Below, in pieces: positions 19,081 through 29,415 of a stretch of DNA of 64,000 nt. How positions within the stretch are numbered: the first letter of the stretch is position 1; each line of letters opens with the position of its first letter. Below the pieces are notes generated by a model, which had not been told where the DNA came from, made no database searches, and worked only from the letters and a program-made list of their open reading frames with translations. A program made the position numbers and the translations under genes. Where the stretch lies: positions 1-64,000 of the IMG/VR virus record IMGVR_UViG_3300042691_055965. One strand, 5' to 3'.

Positions 19081-19455
19081 ATGATAAAGAAACCCATTCC
19101 ATATCATTTTTTTTTATGTGAAATAGTTCTTAGAAAAAAGAATTGCCTTGGTATGGTTACTTCTGAAATTGCTATTGTCATTTCTTTAGATTCCAAAATA
19201 ATAATATTGAAATCAATCTTAAATAAAGATTTAAAAAAGTTTCCTTTAAAAAAATCCGATGTTTTAGATTTCGAATTACTTAAAGAGTGGATTATCGATA
19301 ACCATTATAGTATGTCATTTTACACAAAATCAAAAAAGTTGAAACTTGAAGTTGCTTGTCACTTAGACGATTTAACAAGTCGGAAAAAGTTTAAAAAATC
19401 CTTTTTCAGTAAAATAAACATTTTTAATAGGGTTAAACTATTTATTAAAAAATGA
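19081..19455 (+). CDS. Hypothetical protein
   Basis: 124 aa; TATTTAT at 19070-19076. Confidence 0.55.
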   Translation: MIKKPIPYHFFLCEIVLRKKNCLGMVTSEIAIVISLDSKIIILKSILNKDLKKFPLKKSDVLDFELLKEWIIDNHYSMSFYTKSKKLKLEVACHLDDLTSRKKFKKSFFSKINIFNRVKLFIKK

Positions 19456-19862
19456 ATTTAATTATTGAAGATATAAGAAGAATCCGACAATTGATGGTTT
19501 TAGAGGATAAATTTACGACTGACGTTGATTTAATTGATAAGGGAGATAGTCAAGAACCAATTCAAAAAGGTCCATCGTCAGACGATGGTGATAATGATGC
19601 ACCTGATGGTATGGATGAATCTGAAATTACCGAAGATGAGGCAGGTGGTGAAGGTGCAACTTCAAGTGCAGCATATCCCACTTTAAATAAATGGGCAAGT
19701 GGTAGGGCTGATGGTCCTAGTAATTCAGGTTCACTAACAAAATGGGCTGAAGTTGTTGGTTCTAAATTAGTAAAAGGACCCGGTAACAAACCAAATAAGT
19801 CAGGTGAACGAGTTTGGGTATCGGGTAGAAAATTTGGACCTACCGGAAATAATTATAAATAA
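19452..19862 (+). CDS. Hypothetical protein with class-B leader and repeated KWA/W-SG motifs
   Basis: MNLIIEDIRRIRQLMVLE. Confidence 0.7.
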   Translation: MNLIIEDIRRIRQLMVLEDKFTTDVDLIDKGDSQEPIQKGPSSDDGDNDAPDGMDESEITEDEAGGEGATSSAAYPTLNKWASGRADGPSNSGSLTKWAEVVGSKLVKGPGNKPNKSGERVWVSGRKFGPTGNNYK

Positions 19863-19871
19863 TTAATCGTA

Positions 19872-22133
19872 ATGAAAAAAATAATTGAAGAAGAAATACT
19901 AAGACAGTTACAACTTATTAATTTTGATAAAGGTAAAACTATTAGTGAACAATATATGGCTGGTGGTGGACGTGAAATTGCGGCAGCAACATATGAAACG
20001 TCAAAATACATACAAGATGAGAATAAAAAAGAAGATGAAAGTTATCAATACCTTTATGATAAATGGGCACCATATGTTTGTGGAACAGGTGGTGGTGGAA
20101 TAAGTCCTGATAATTCCTTTGGTGCGGTAGCAGGGTATTGTGATTGGGTAAAAAATGGTTTAACACCTTTTGATATTTGTAATTCTCCAATAGTTGATGT
20201 AAAATATAATCATCCAACAAAAGATTTTTACCCATTGAATTATGCTCAAGAAGTTAATAAAAGAAGAAAAGAAGGAAAAAAATACGTCCAAACAGGTGGA
20301 GGTATTGTCGTAAAAAAAGAAAAAGGATATCTTTATAATACATATTGGTGCGAATGTAAAAAAGATGTGGAATTTTATGCACCTACTGAATATAATTCTA
20401 ACTTACCTACGGGTTCATTTTTCAAATTGGACGGTCCTTTGAATTTGAAGTATGTGACAAATGTCCCAACAGTAACAAGTGTTAATGATTGGTTTGACTT
20501 GAAAAAATGTACAGCAACAAATAAAGCTGAGGAGGTTGTTGATAAATATTTTCATACAGTTGCTCCATTCATATCATTAGTGTTGAATTTTTTCGGTCCC
20601 ATTGGTATGGCTTTAGGTGCAGTTATTGAATTTGCGGATGGTGTAAAATATCAAGAAGAAGGTAATACATATGCTGCGGGTTTGTCATATACTTTTGCCG
20701 CATTAGGTCCTTTAGATTTTGGTTTGAGCCCTTTTATTAAATCAAGTGGGAATTCTTTGATAAAAAAAACCTTGATAAAATCCTCAAAATATAGTGTAAA
20801 TGAAATTAAACTTTTGCAATTTCTAAAAAATACAAACCAAACTATGCGATTGGTAAGATTGGGAACTGCTTTTAAATTTGTAAGAGTTGCTATGACATAT
20901 ATAATGAAGTCAAAAATATTCGGATTATTTCTTCTAAAACTTATTAATCTTGGTGTTGCAACAACAGCTATTTTATCGAAATTAGGTTTAATCATTGGTG
21001 GGGGGTTTATTGGTTGGGATTACATTGCATACAAATATGAAATCCAAAATACCATGCCACTTGTTGAATTAAAAAAATCAAATTGGAAAATTTTGAAACT
21101 TCTTGGTGATTTAGGTCCTCATTTACAACCGTTTACTACAGGTGTCATGTCAACAAATCCTGAAGTTGAAAAAATATTTGAAGAATTTGACAAAGAAATT
21201 TCTATGAAAAACAGAATAATAAACGTTATACAAGATAATATCGAAAGTGGTGAAGAGTTTAGTGAAAAATTATCAAAAGTGTACAGCGTTGACTTAGTAT
21301 TCATTCAAATGGCGTTAGAAAGTTTAGGGTTTGCAAAAAATATATCATCTAGTTTTACAGTATATAAAAGTTCTACTTTGTGGGGTTTTAAAAATGCCGT
21401 CAACATTCAAAAAATTCAAATGTTTGCACGTAATACTTTAACAGGAATAGGGGTACTTTCGATGAAATCATTAGAAGCTGTAGAATCAAACTTGACAGAA
21501 AAAGATGGAACGTTAGTACAAGAATGGAACCCTTATAACGGTCGTCCTATTACTTATGTTTATTTGAAAAGGGATATTGGTAAAAAACATTTTTTAATAA
21601 TAACCGACAAATTTGGTAAGAAAAAATCAATAAATTTAAATAGTTCTTTTGAAGAAATGTCATTTGGAATGAAGACTGCGGATGTTGACACAAGTTTCCA
21701 CTGGGGATTTTTTGACAATTTTACAAAGGCATCAGTTATGGAATTTCAGAAAAAAAATGGTATATCACCGTCAGATGGTATTGCAGGAACAAAAACATTA
21801 ATAAAGTTACAAAATATATTAAAATCAAAAAGTGATGAAGTTAAAAATTATGCAAACATAAATTACACTGACGAAGAAATTGATGAACTTAGAGAAGAAC
21901 TCTTAGATAGTCTTGAAGATGTTAAAAAACGTACAGATAAAAAAATGTTAATTTCTGAAAAAGATATGCAAAATGCATACATAAAACAAAAAAATGGATT
22001 AATTAATGAAGCTGAAATATTTTTAAATAAAAATTATGAAGGTCTTAATGTTTCAGACACTACTGTTTATGAAGTAGAATTATTTTTAGAAAAGGCTAAA
22101 AATGGTAGTTTAACAGAAAACGATTTAAAATAA
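19872..22133 (+). CDS. Large putative virion/ejection protein with hydrophobic helices and PG-binding-like domain
   Basis: Class-B leader; FISLVLNFFGPIGMALGAVI segment; TKASVMEFQKKNGI..DGIAGTKT PG-binding motif. Confidence 0.7.
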   Translation: MKKIIEEEILRQLQLINFDKGKTISEQYMAGGGREIAAATYETSKYIQDENKKEDESYQYLYDKWAPYVCGTGGGGISPDNSFGAVAGYCDWVKNGLTPFDICNSPIVDVKYNHPTKDFYPLNYAQEVNKRRKEGKKYVQTGGGIVVKKEKGYLYNTYWCECKKDVEFYAPTEYNSNLPTGSFFKLDGPLNLKYVTNVPTVTSVNDWFDLKKCTATNKAEEVVDKYFHTVAPFISLVLNFFGPIGMALGAVIEFADGVKYQEEGNTYAAGLSYTFAALGPLDFGLSPFIKSSGNSLIKKTLIKSSKYSVNEIKLLQFLKNTNQTMRLVRLGTAFKFVRVAMTYIMKSKIFGLFLLKLINLGVATTAILSKLGLIIGGGFIGWDYIAYKYEIQNTMPLVELKKSNWKILKLLGDLGPHLQPFTTGVMSTNPEVEKIFEEFDKEISMKNRIINVIQDNIESGEEFSEKLSKVYSVDLVFIQMALESLGFAKNISSSFTVYKSSTLWGFKNAVNIQKIQMFARNTLTGIGVLSMKSLEAVESNLTEKDGTLVQEWNPYNGRPITYVYLKRDIGKKHFLIITDKFGKKKSINLNSSFEEMSFGMKTADVDTSFHWGFFDNFTKASVMEFQKKNGISPSDGIAGTKTLIKLQNILKSKSDEVKNYANINYTDEEIDELREELLDSLEDVKKRTDKKMLISEKDMQNAYIKQKNGLINEAEIFLNKNYEGLNVSDTTVYEVELFLEKAKNGSLTENDLK

Positions 22134-22138
22134 AAATT

Positions 22139-25135
22139 ATGGAAAAGGAAATTTTACAAGAAATAACAAGGTATCAAACATTGATGGGTATTGAACCAAA
22201 AAAACCTTTGATGAACGAAGGTGCGGAATTAATGGCAATAATACGAGCATCGTCTAGTGCGGCAGCTAAAAACCTTGACGACTTGGTAAAAATAGTAAGA
22301 AAGTCGGCGGTGGAAGGTGTTGAACTTCTTGATAGTGAAATTGATGATTTAGTTGAATATGCGAAAAGTACAGGAAAATATACTGAAGATGAAATTGAAA
22401 TCTTAAGAACTTTTTTTAAAAAACCAAAAGTTAAGACTAAAATTTCTTCAGGTAATGGTTTTAGAACATTAGATGATCTTGTAGATGATATAACAGAATC
22501 AGAAGCAAAAGTTTTAACTACTTTGTATAAATTAACCGATGATGAAATTTCTTCAATAGTTAGTGTACGAAGTGATAGTTTTTTCAAAAATAAACCAAAA
22601 ACTCAATGGGAAACTGATCTTGAAACTTCAATCGTTGATTCAATGGAAAAAGGAAAAAATGAAGGGAAGATTATGGAAACTGCAGAAGTACCTTATAATG
22701 AAATAGATAAGTTAATAGATAAAAAATATCCGGTTACTGATAATATGTCTCCTGTTGAACGAGCGGTTAATGAAGGGACTAGAAAAAATCTAAAACAAAG
22801 ATTTAGGGAATCAGTTCCAATTAAAGAAAAAATAAAAGAACTTGAACTAAATGGAAATATAAAAGAATCTTCAGTAAAAGTAGAACCTATTTCAGACGTT
22901 GCATCTTCTTCTAGTAAAACCGTTAAAAGACAGGTTCCAGATCCTCAAGGGATAGGTGCACCTAGAACTGAAGAATTAGATGAACTTCTTTCAGAATTTT
23001 ACTATGACATACTTGATAAAGTTAAGACTAAAGGTGAAGAAAGTTTGACACCTATTGAAAAAGAAATAGTTGAATCTGTTGAAAATTGGAAATCTGGTAA
23101 ATCCATCGATGCTGAAAAACTAACAACCAAGTACAGAAATCAACCATCTAAATTTATTTACGACTACGTTGATGAATTGAAAAATTCTACAGACGAATTA
23201 ACACCTAACGAACAAAAGTTAGTAGATGCATTAGAAGATTTTGAAAAAAATGGAACTGAATATAAATGGTATACATTAGCTGACGAAGCAATGGAACCTT
23301 TTGTTCTTACAGTTGATAATTTAGGTACAACGTTCAAACGAATTTCCAGTGAATGGAATTTGATGTATTTACTTAAAAAAGTGTTAGTTCCGTTTGATTA
23401 TTTCTACACAGTCATCTTTCGACCGACATTAAGATGGGCAAATGCAAGTTTTGATATATTCTTACAAAATTGGTCTATGCGTATCAAAAACGGAACTTTA
23501 AAATTAGATTTTGATGTTGCTGCGCGCGAATTCACAGAAACAATGGGTAAATCTTTTGATAATTATATTAAAAGCGGGGGTAATTTAGGTTTACGAGATA
23601 TTAGAAAAATGCAAGAAAGATTAATGTATTTGAAAACATATTCACCGTTGGCTGAAGGTTCTCAGATTGAAAAAATGTTACTTGAAGAAACTTGGGAGAT
23701 TTTTAAAACTAACGCAAGAACTAAAGTACCACCAGAAAATATTAAGGATTGGGACACTTTTATTAGATTGTTTGAATCAGAAGGGGAAGGATCGTTATCT
23801 ATATCAACCCGTGAAATTTTGGGAGACGCTCCTCCTTTGAAGACTGACCCTGATCAAACAACTGTGAAAACAACTTTCAGAGAAAAAATAAAAAAGGCGT
23901 GGGCTGATGGTGTTCAAAGTAATGGTAAAACCGTTTTGAATTCACTTTTCCAAAAATTTATAGATGGATTAGGTAATCTTGTGTCTTTAGTTTTTACTGG
24001 AACGGTACTTCGACCTAAAACAATTCAAAGACAATTTTTAAAATATGGTATGACGCAAAAGAATGCTATATGTACTGCAATGTCTATATATGCGGTGCAA
24101 AAAGTTTTATTACCTATTTTAGGTGCCGTTGTCTATGGTGCTCTTTTAGGTCTCGAAAGATCTGAAGGTATTAAAAACAAATATGTTGAAAAATATGGTA
24201 CTGGTTGGGGGTATTATTGGCATTTCTATTTTGTTGATCCGGTAATTGAATGGACTTTAGGAAATGGTCCTGTTGATGAAGTTGCGTCTGTCGCAACAGA
24301 TTTGTTACCTAAAAAATGGAAAGATTCTAAAGAAATGATAAACAAAGTTGCAAAGTTGGAAATCGAAACATCATGGGGTGATTTTTTAAATTGGGCTATT
24401 GAAGGTTGGGGTGATGATATAGTCACTGAAATTATTGAACTATCATTCGTGGCAGCGACTGAAGGAGGTGATACTGTTGAAGAAATTGCAGAAATGGTTG
24501 AAATTAATAGTGTAAATCAAACAACTATCGATGAATATGAAAACTTACAGAATGAACTTAAAAATGCCGAGGAAAGACTAAAAAATGCTAAAAATGAACA
24601 AAGTAAAAATAAAGCGAAATATGATATCGCAATTGCTAACGAAAAAATTAATGGAGTACAAATTGGTGCGTTTTTAAATGAAGCAAAATATGCAATAAAC
24701 GATATTTTTGGTAAAGGTACTGACGCTGCGGAAAATATGATATCTAGACTAGAATTTGTTCCATATTTACCAAACGATTACTTAGAAAGAGTTAAGAAAA
24801 ATTTAAAAGATAATAATTATAATGTAACTTTGAAAAATTTGGCAAATTTATCAAGTGATATAAAAAATAATACTGAACTATACACTAAAAAAATTCAAGA
24901 AGAAATAACAAAAAATAGAAAAGGGTCAGTACTTATAAAAGGGGATAAGGATAAGTACTTATTAGTGGTTAATTCACCAAATTTTGAACTTGATTTAACT
25001 CCTGATGAGTTTTCGACTATATTTGATGGTGAATCTGTTGCTTGGGTGTCCCCAAGTATGAAGAACATAAAACCAAACACAGAAAGAACCTATGGAACTT
25101 TAAAAGACTTCTATAAAAATATGAAAAATTTATAA
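22139..25135 (+). CDS. 998-aa helical protein with TM-like segments (putative ejection/virion protein)
   Basis: Leader MEKEILQEITRYQTLMGI; hydrophobic segments at about aa 610-665. Confidence 0.75.
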   Translation: MEKEILQEITRYQTLMGIEPKKPLMNEGAELMAIIRASSSAAAKNLDDLVKIVRKSAVEGVELLDSEIDDLVEYAKSTGKYTEDEIEILRTFFKKPKVKTKISSGNGFRTLDDLVDDITESEAKVLTTLYKLTDDEISSIVSVRSDSFFKNKPKTQWETDLETSIVDSMEKGKNEGKIMETAEVPYNEIDKLIDKKYPVTDNMSPVERAVNEGTRKNLKQRFRESVPIKEKIKELELNGNIKESSVKVEPISDVASSSSKTVKRQVPDPQGIGAPRTEELDELLSEFYYDILDKVKTKGEESLTPIEKEIVESVENWKSGKSIDAEKLTTKYRNQPSKFIYDYVDELKNSTDELTPNEQKLVDALEDFEKNGTEYKWYTLADEAMEPFVLTVDNLGTTFKRISSEWNLMYLLKKVLVPFDYFYTVIFRPTLRWANASFDIFLQNWSMRIKNGTLKLDFDVAAREFTETMGKSFDNYIKSGGNLGLRDIRKMQERLMYLKTYSPLAEGSQIEKMLLEETWEIFKTNARTKVPPENIKDWDTFIRLFESEGEGSLSISTREILGDAPPLKTDPDQTTVKTTFREKIKKAWADGVQSNGKTVLNSLFQKFIDGLGNLVSLVFTGTVLRPKTIQRQFLKYGMTQKNAICTAMSIYAVQKVLLPILGAVVYGALLGLERSEGIKNKYVEKYGTGWGYYWHFYFVDPVIEWTLGNGPVDEVASVATDLLPKKWKDSKEMINKVAKLEIETSWGDFLNWAIEGWGDDIVTEIIELSFVAATEGGDTVEEIAEMVEINSVNQTTIDEYENLQNELKNAEERLKNAKNEQSKNKAKYDIAIANEKINGVQIGAFLNEAKYAINDIFGKGTDAAENMISRLEFVPYLPNDYLERVKKNLKDNNYNVTLKNLANLSSDIKNNTELYTKKIQEEITKNRKGSVLIKGDKDKYLLVVNSPNFELDLTPDEFSTIFDGESVAWVSPSMKNIKPNTERTYGTLKDFYKNMKNL

Positions 25136-25138
25136 AAT

Positions 25139-25996
25139 ATGGGAACAAGATTTGATGAAGATAATTACAAACATTGGAAGGATACTTTTAAATTCCAATC
25201 TTATGATGAAGAAAAAGCAGAATATAAAACTGTGAAAATTAATATGGAAGATGTAATGGATAGAATTGATCATTACAGAAAAAAATATGATGAAGACGAT
25301 GCATTTGTTCGTGCGGTTATTGACACACACGATAAAGTAGTAAGAATCATGTTTACTAAAGATTTAGCACATTTGACTGAATCGGTTCATTTAAATGGAT
25401 TTGCGGCACTTTTGAAAGTTTTGAGAGAATCAAAAGGTGAAATGGAGATTTGGTCGGTTGCAAGACCTACCGATGGTAACTGGTTTTTGGTAAAAGGTTC
25501 CTTCACCAAAAGAGAACTTGCAAATATGGATTTACACAAAAAAGAACCAAGAGACAAAAAAGAAACAAAAAAAGAAAATCCTTATCAGGAGTTAAAAAAA
25601 AAAGAAGAAAAATCGGTAGAAAGACTGAAGAATAACGAAAAAGATGGTTTTGATAGTTTACCAATTAAGGTGAAAGAGAAATTAAAAGAAAAGTTATCAA
25701 AAGGTTGGACAACTGAAGAACCATTATCTTTCTTTAAAGATTTTTATACTGAAAGTGAAATAAATTCTGTTTTCAATGACAAGATAAAAATTTATAAATT
25801 GAAGGCTACAGAAGAATTTTTTAACAAATTAAAAGAATATTCTGCACACATTCCTATAAGTAGAGGTTTTTGTAAATCGATTGTCAAATCTAAAAACGAC
25901 GCTGATATCACATCTGACGTAGAAAAATATGTAAATCACTTTGTTAAAAAGTGTAACGAAAAATACGAAGGAAAATTTGGTTTACATTCTTTCTGA
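25139..25996 (+). CDS. Hypothetical protein
   Basis: 285 aa ORF within the operon. Confidence 0.75.
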   Translation: MGTRFDEDNYKHWKDTFKFQSYDEEKAEYKTVKINMEDVMDRIDHYRKKYDEDDAFVRAVIDTHDKVVRIMFTKDLAHLTESVHLNGFAALLKVLRESKGEMEIWSVARPTDGNWFLVKGSFTKRELANMDLHKKEPRDKKETKKENPYQELKKKEEKSVERLKNNEKDGFDSLPIKVKEKLKEKLSKGWTTEEPLSFFKDFYTESEINSVFNDKIKIYKLKATEEFFNKLKEYSAHIPISRGFCKSIVKSKNDADITSDVEKYVNHFVKKCNEKYEGKFGLHSF

Positions 25997-26017
25997 TAAA
26001 GACAATATTTATTATTA

Positions 26018-28435
26018 ATGAAAAGAATTTTCACTATATCTGAACAAGAAAAAAGTGCAATATTGGAAAAATATTACCTTTTGAAAGAAGTAGATACCCG
26101 TAATTGCTCTGAAGGTGATTGTGTTGATGGTGAAGGTACACTTGTAATCAATAGTAAGTTCGGTAATGTTGAAGTAGAAAAAACTTTCATTGGTACTTTT
26201 AAAAAAAGTATTCTAACTAACGGGGAAATCACAATCAATACCGGTGTTAATACAACATATCAGAGTGGAAATTTCAAGAATGGGGAACTTTTAACTGGAG
26301 AAGGTTTGTACATACAAGAAGTACCAAGTGAAAACTTTAGACAAGTCACAAAAGGTACGTTTGTTGATGGGTATTTAACTAAAGGTACGACTGAAGTCAC
26401 TATATCTTCAATGAGTTTTACTATTAAAAGTGACAATGTTGTTAAAAACACTTATAAGGATGCTGAAATTAAATTTAATGACGGATCAATATATTATGGA
26501 GACATTACGGACAACACATCAAATTTTGAATTCAAATCGAAAACAAAGGGTTTAGAAACTGATGATTTAGTTCAATTTCATATAAAAACAGAAGGAAGTC
26601 AATCAGATGTTGAACGGACAACTAGTACACCCACAGTAACTCCAAGTGTGTCTACAAATTCTACAAATACTGATACTAAAATAACAGATGAATTAAGGGC
26701 TAAATGGACAGGTTGTGAATATACGGCTGACGACTTGTTCCGATTCAACAAACCCGAAGATGATTATGTCACAGAAATACCAGAACTAGGTTATTTCAAA
26801 TTTGAAGGTGAAGTTGATGGTAAAAACATAAAAGTAAACGCTTGTTTTGACAACTTCAAATTAATTAAAACACAAGAAGGAAATGAGACAGGTGATAGGG
26901 GTGAATTTAATGGTGTATACTATAGTGAGGATGATGGATTACCTTTAAAATTTGAAGGAGATGAATCCAAAGCTAATAAGTTCAAAAGAGGAAGATTACT
27001 AAATTCACCTGACTACGATTTTCATGTCGAAAAGTTTGAATACATAGGAACATTTGACAATGGTATCATTCATAGTCCAAAAATTAGTGAAGGTTCTTCT
27101 GTTGAAAATATATTCGCAAAATCTGAAATACTTTTCGAAGATAATTCATATTATAATGGAAATTTTGAAAATGGTAAAATAAAAGGTTACGGCATTTTTA
27201 CAATCCCAAGTAAAGGAAAATTTGAAGGCGAATTTGAACAAGTAAAAAATGATAACGGCAATACCACATATAAAGTTACATTATCGAATGGTGCGGTTAT
27301 TGAAGATTTGATGGATTATGCCTCGAAAGTAAAATTTAGTACTGATAAAACCACTGATACATATTTGGGTGTTTTAAAAGGGGCTAAAGTAAATGGAACC
27401 GTTTTTTATCAATCAGTATATACTTTGAAAACTGATGATGGAAAAAAGACAGAAAACACTTATAAGGGTGGCTTGATGGGTGCCACCGTTGTTTTAAAAT
27501 CCAAATCATCTGAAATTGAAACGGAAGGTGAAATAATAAAAGGTAAAACATTTGAAACCACCACAGATGAAAATGGTAAATTTACATTTGATGGTGTTCC
27601 ATACGGAACTTATGATATAAAAATTAGATTTGGTGATAAATTGTCACCGTATTTTAAATACGATGCTGAAAATTTAAAAATCGATTCGAATAAAACGTAT
27701 GAGATTACAACAGTTAAAACAAAAAAACTTGAAAAAAGGGAACAAGATTATTTAGATCAAGAAAGTTTCAGTGCTGAAGATTTAGAAGACTTTACAGAAG
27801 AAAATTACAAAAATCTTATTTTAAAATCATTATTGAAATCCCATAAGGATGATTCTACTTATGTTGAGGATATTTTGGATGGTACTTTTAAACAAAAATA
27901 TGGAAAAAGAACCGCTTTAAAATTTTGTACCACTCAATTCAATAATTATGCCGATGAATTGAAACAAGTGTATTTGAAAAAAGTAAGTGATGCGTCTATA
28001 AAATCCGCAGAAGAAATAGAACCATCTAAAAAAGTTTTACAATATTGTTGGAATAATTACAAAGAGGAATTATCAAAAAAAATTAAAAAGGATGACTTGA
28101 GTTTAATCCAACAACCTGGTGGAAAACTATTAGTATATCAAGTTGATTTGAAAGAAAATTACAATAGACAATATATTTATACTAAAGAAAATGATATGAA
28201 AGAAACTATAAAAAATATCATTAAAGAACATGCAAGAATTAAGAAGATTCAATCATCTACTGAATCTAAAATTATTGAAAACCGTTTGAATTTCATTTTT
28301 GAAGACAGCACGGGTTATACAACAAGAAACAAAATCAGAAAAAATTTATTGAGTGAAAAAAACCAACTCCTTTATATGGGGTATACACCAAAACTTGTAA
28401 ATGAAATTTTTAATAGGTTTATGGTAAAAATATAG
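26018..28435 (+). CDS. MORN-like repeat protein with carboxypeptidase-regulatory-like beta domain
   Basis: CSEGDCVDGEG, YYNGNFENGKIKGYG, TTTDENGKFTFDGVPYGTYDI; leader MKRIFTISEQEKSAILE. Confidence 0.7.
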   Translation: MKRIFTISEQEKSAILEKYYLLKEVDTRNCSEGDCVDGEGTLVINSKFGNVEVEKTFIGTFKKSILTNGEITINTGVNTTYQSGNFKNGELLTGEGLYIQEVPSENFRQVTKGTFVDGYLTKGTTEVTISSMSFTIKSDNVVKNTYKDAEIKFNDGSIYYGDITDNTSNFEFKSKTKGLETDDLVQFHIKTEGSQSDVERTTSTPTVTPSVSTNSTNTDTKITDELRAKWTGCEYTADDLFRFNKPEDDYVTEIPELGYFKFEGEVDGKNIKVNACFDNFKLIKTQEGNETGDRGEFNGVYYSEDDGLPLKFEGDESKANKFKRGRLLNSPDYDFHVEKFEYIGTFDNGIIHSPKISEGSSVENIFAKSEILFEDNSYYNGNFENGKIKGYGIFTIPSKGKFEGEFEQVKNDNGNTTYKVTLSNGAVIEDLMDYASKVKFSTDKTTDTYLGVLKGAKVNGTVFYQSVYTLKTDDGKKTENTYKGGLMGATVVLKSKSSEIETEGEIIKGKTFETTTDENGKFTFDGVPYGTYDIKIRFGDKLSPYFKYDAENLKIDSNKTYEITTVKTKKLEKREQDYLDQESFSAEDLEDFTEENYKNLILKSLLKSHKDDSTYVEDILDGTFKQKYGKRTALKFCTTQFNNYADELKQVYLKKVSDASIKSAEEIEPSKKVLQYCWNNYKEELSKKIKKDDLSLIQQPGGKLLVYQVDLKENYNRQYIYTKENDMKETIKNIIKEHARIKKIQSSTESKIIENRLNFIFEDSTGYTTRNKIRKNLLSEKNQLLYMGYTPKLVNEIFNRFMVKI

Positions 28436-28478
28436 AACAGTAACAATTATGAATAGAAAAACAAAACAAAATCCGTAA

Positions 28479-28600
28479 TGTCGTTAGCGGGGGAACAAGT
28501 AACGACAATTCGAAACAAGAAGTAGTTTTCGAGTTTCATAAACTGTTAAAAGAAGGAGGTGTTCATTAATCTAAGAAAGGTGTCCTGACGGACACCTTTT
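28479..28600 (+). ncRNA. Candidate structured intergenic RNA with extended SD-like element
   Basis: 8-bp stem 28479-28486/28500-28507; 6-bp stem 28510-28515/28527-28532; AAGGAGGTGTTC at 28553-28564; terminal hairpin plus U-run. Confidence 0.35.
28576..28600 (+). terminator. Intrinsic terminator (GGTGTCC/GGACACC family)
   Basis: AAAGGTGTCC-TGAC-GGACACCTTTT. Confidence 0.75.
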
Positions 28601-28623
28601 CTTGTTATCATGTATTTATCTGT

Positions 28624-29406
28624 ATGGAGTTTTTTATAAGAAAAAATAGTACACTACCACTCTTGGAAATTAATTTAATTAAAGACGGAAGAACGGATTT
28701 CAGGTACGATAAAACATCTTTGACAGCATCTACGATATATTTCAATATGAAAAATATATCTGATAATGTTTATAAAATAGCAAAAGGTGTTTGCACATAC
28801 TCCATTGATACTGATACTGTATATTATCAGTTCACCAAAAAAAATACAAATCTTGTTGGAAGATTTGAAACTGAATTTGATATTTATACAAGTCAAGGAC
28901 TTATAAAATTCCCTTTAAGGGACAAACTTTTTGTGAATGTTTTGGATTCAATAAGTAATTCTGATTTTTGTTGCGGACCTAATAAGAATATTGCACCAAT
29001 TCAAACACCAATACCAACAAGTCCACCACCAACACCGACTCCAACTCCTACACCATCACCAACGATTGGTCCGAGCAAGAGTGGTATTTACTATGGTAAA
29101 GTTACTAGTCCAACATTTACATTATCAAATTTACCATCAGTTACTTTTGTTGAAACAAATACCGCAGTTAACACTTATGTTGAATTTGCTGCAGTACCTG
29201 GTTATGGTTACACATTGATACCTGTTGGGTTTACCCAACCTAGTAAATTTGTTAATAGTACTAATGGATGTGATGGATTAAACGTTCCAACCAATAATAT
29301 TGGAACAATAGTTATTAATGACATAAACGGATTCCCTGTGACATACAATATTTATAGAACCTATTATAGTATTGTTGGTTCTTTTTATAGTTGGATGTGT
29401 AGTTAA
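28624..29406 (+). CDS. BppU-like N-terminal domain protein with Pro/Thr linker (baseplate/fibre adaptor)
   Basis: FFIRKNSTLPLLEINL..VYYQFTKKNT..GRFETEF; PTSPPPTPTPTPTPSP linker. Confidence 0.55.
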   Translation: MEFFIRKNSTLPLLEINLIKDGRTDFRYDKTSLTASTIYFNMKNISDNVYKIAKGVCTYSIDTDTVYYQFTKKNTNLVGRFETEFDIYTSQGLIKFPLRDKLFVNVLDSISNSDFCCGPNKNIAPIQTPIPTSPPPTPTPTPTPSPTIGPSKSGIYYGKVTSPTFTLSNLPSVTFVETNTAVNTYVEFAAVPGYGYTLIPVGFTQPSKFVNSTNGCDGLNVPTNNIGTIVINDINGFPVTYNIYRTYYSIVGSFYSWMCS

Positions 29407-29415
29407 AAATAAAGA

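Noticed and set aside
22139-25135. Tape measure protein
   Set aside because: Not in a tail tube/sheath context, no clear periodic aromatic repeats, and it carries the head-type leader
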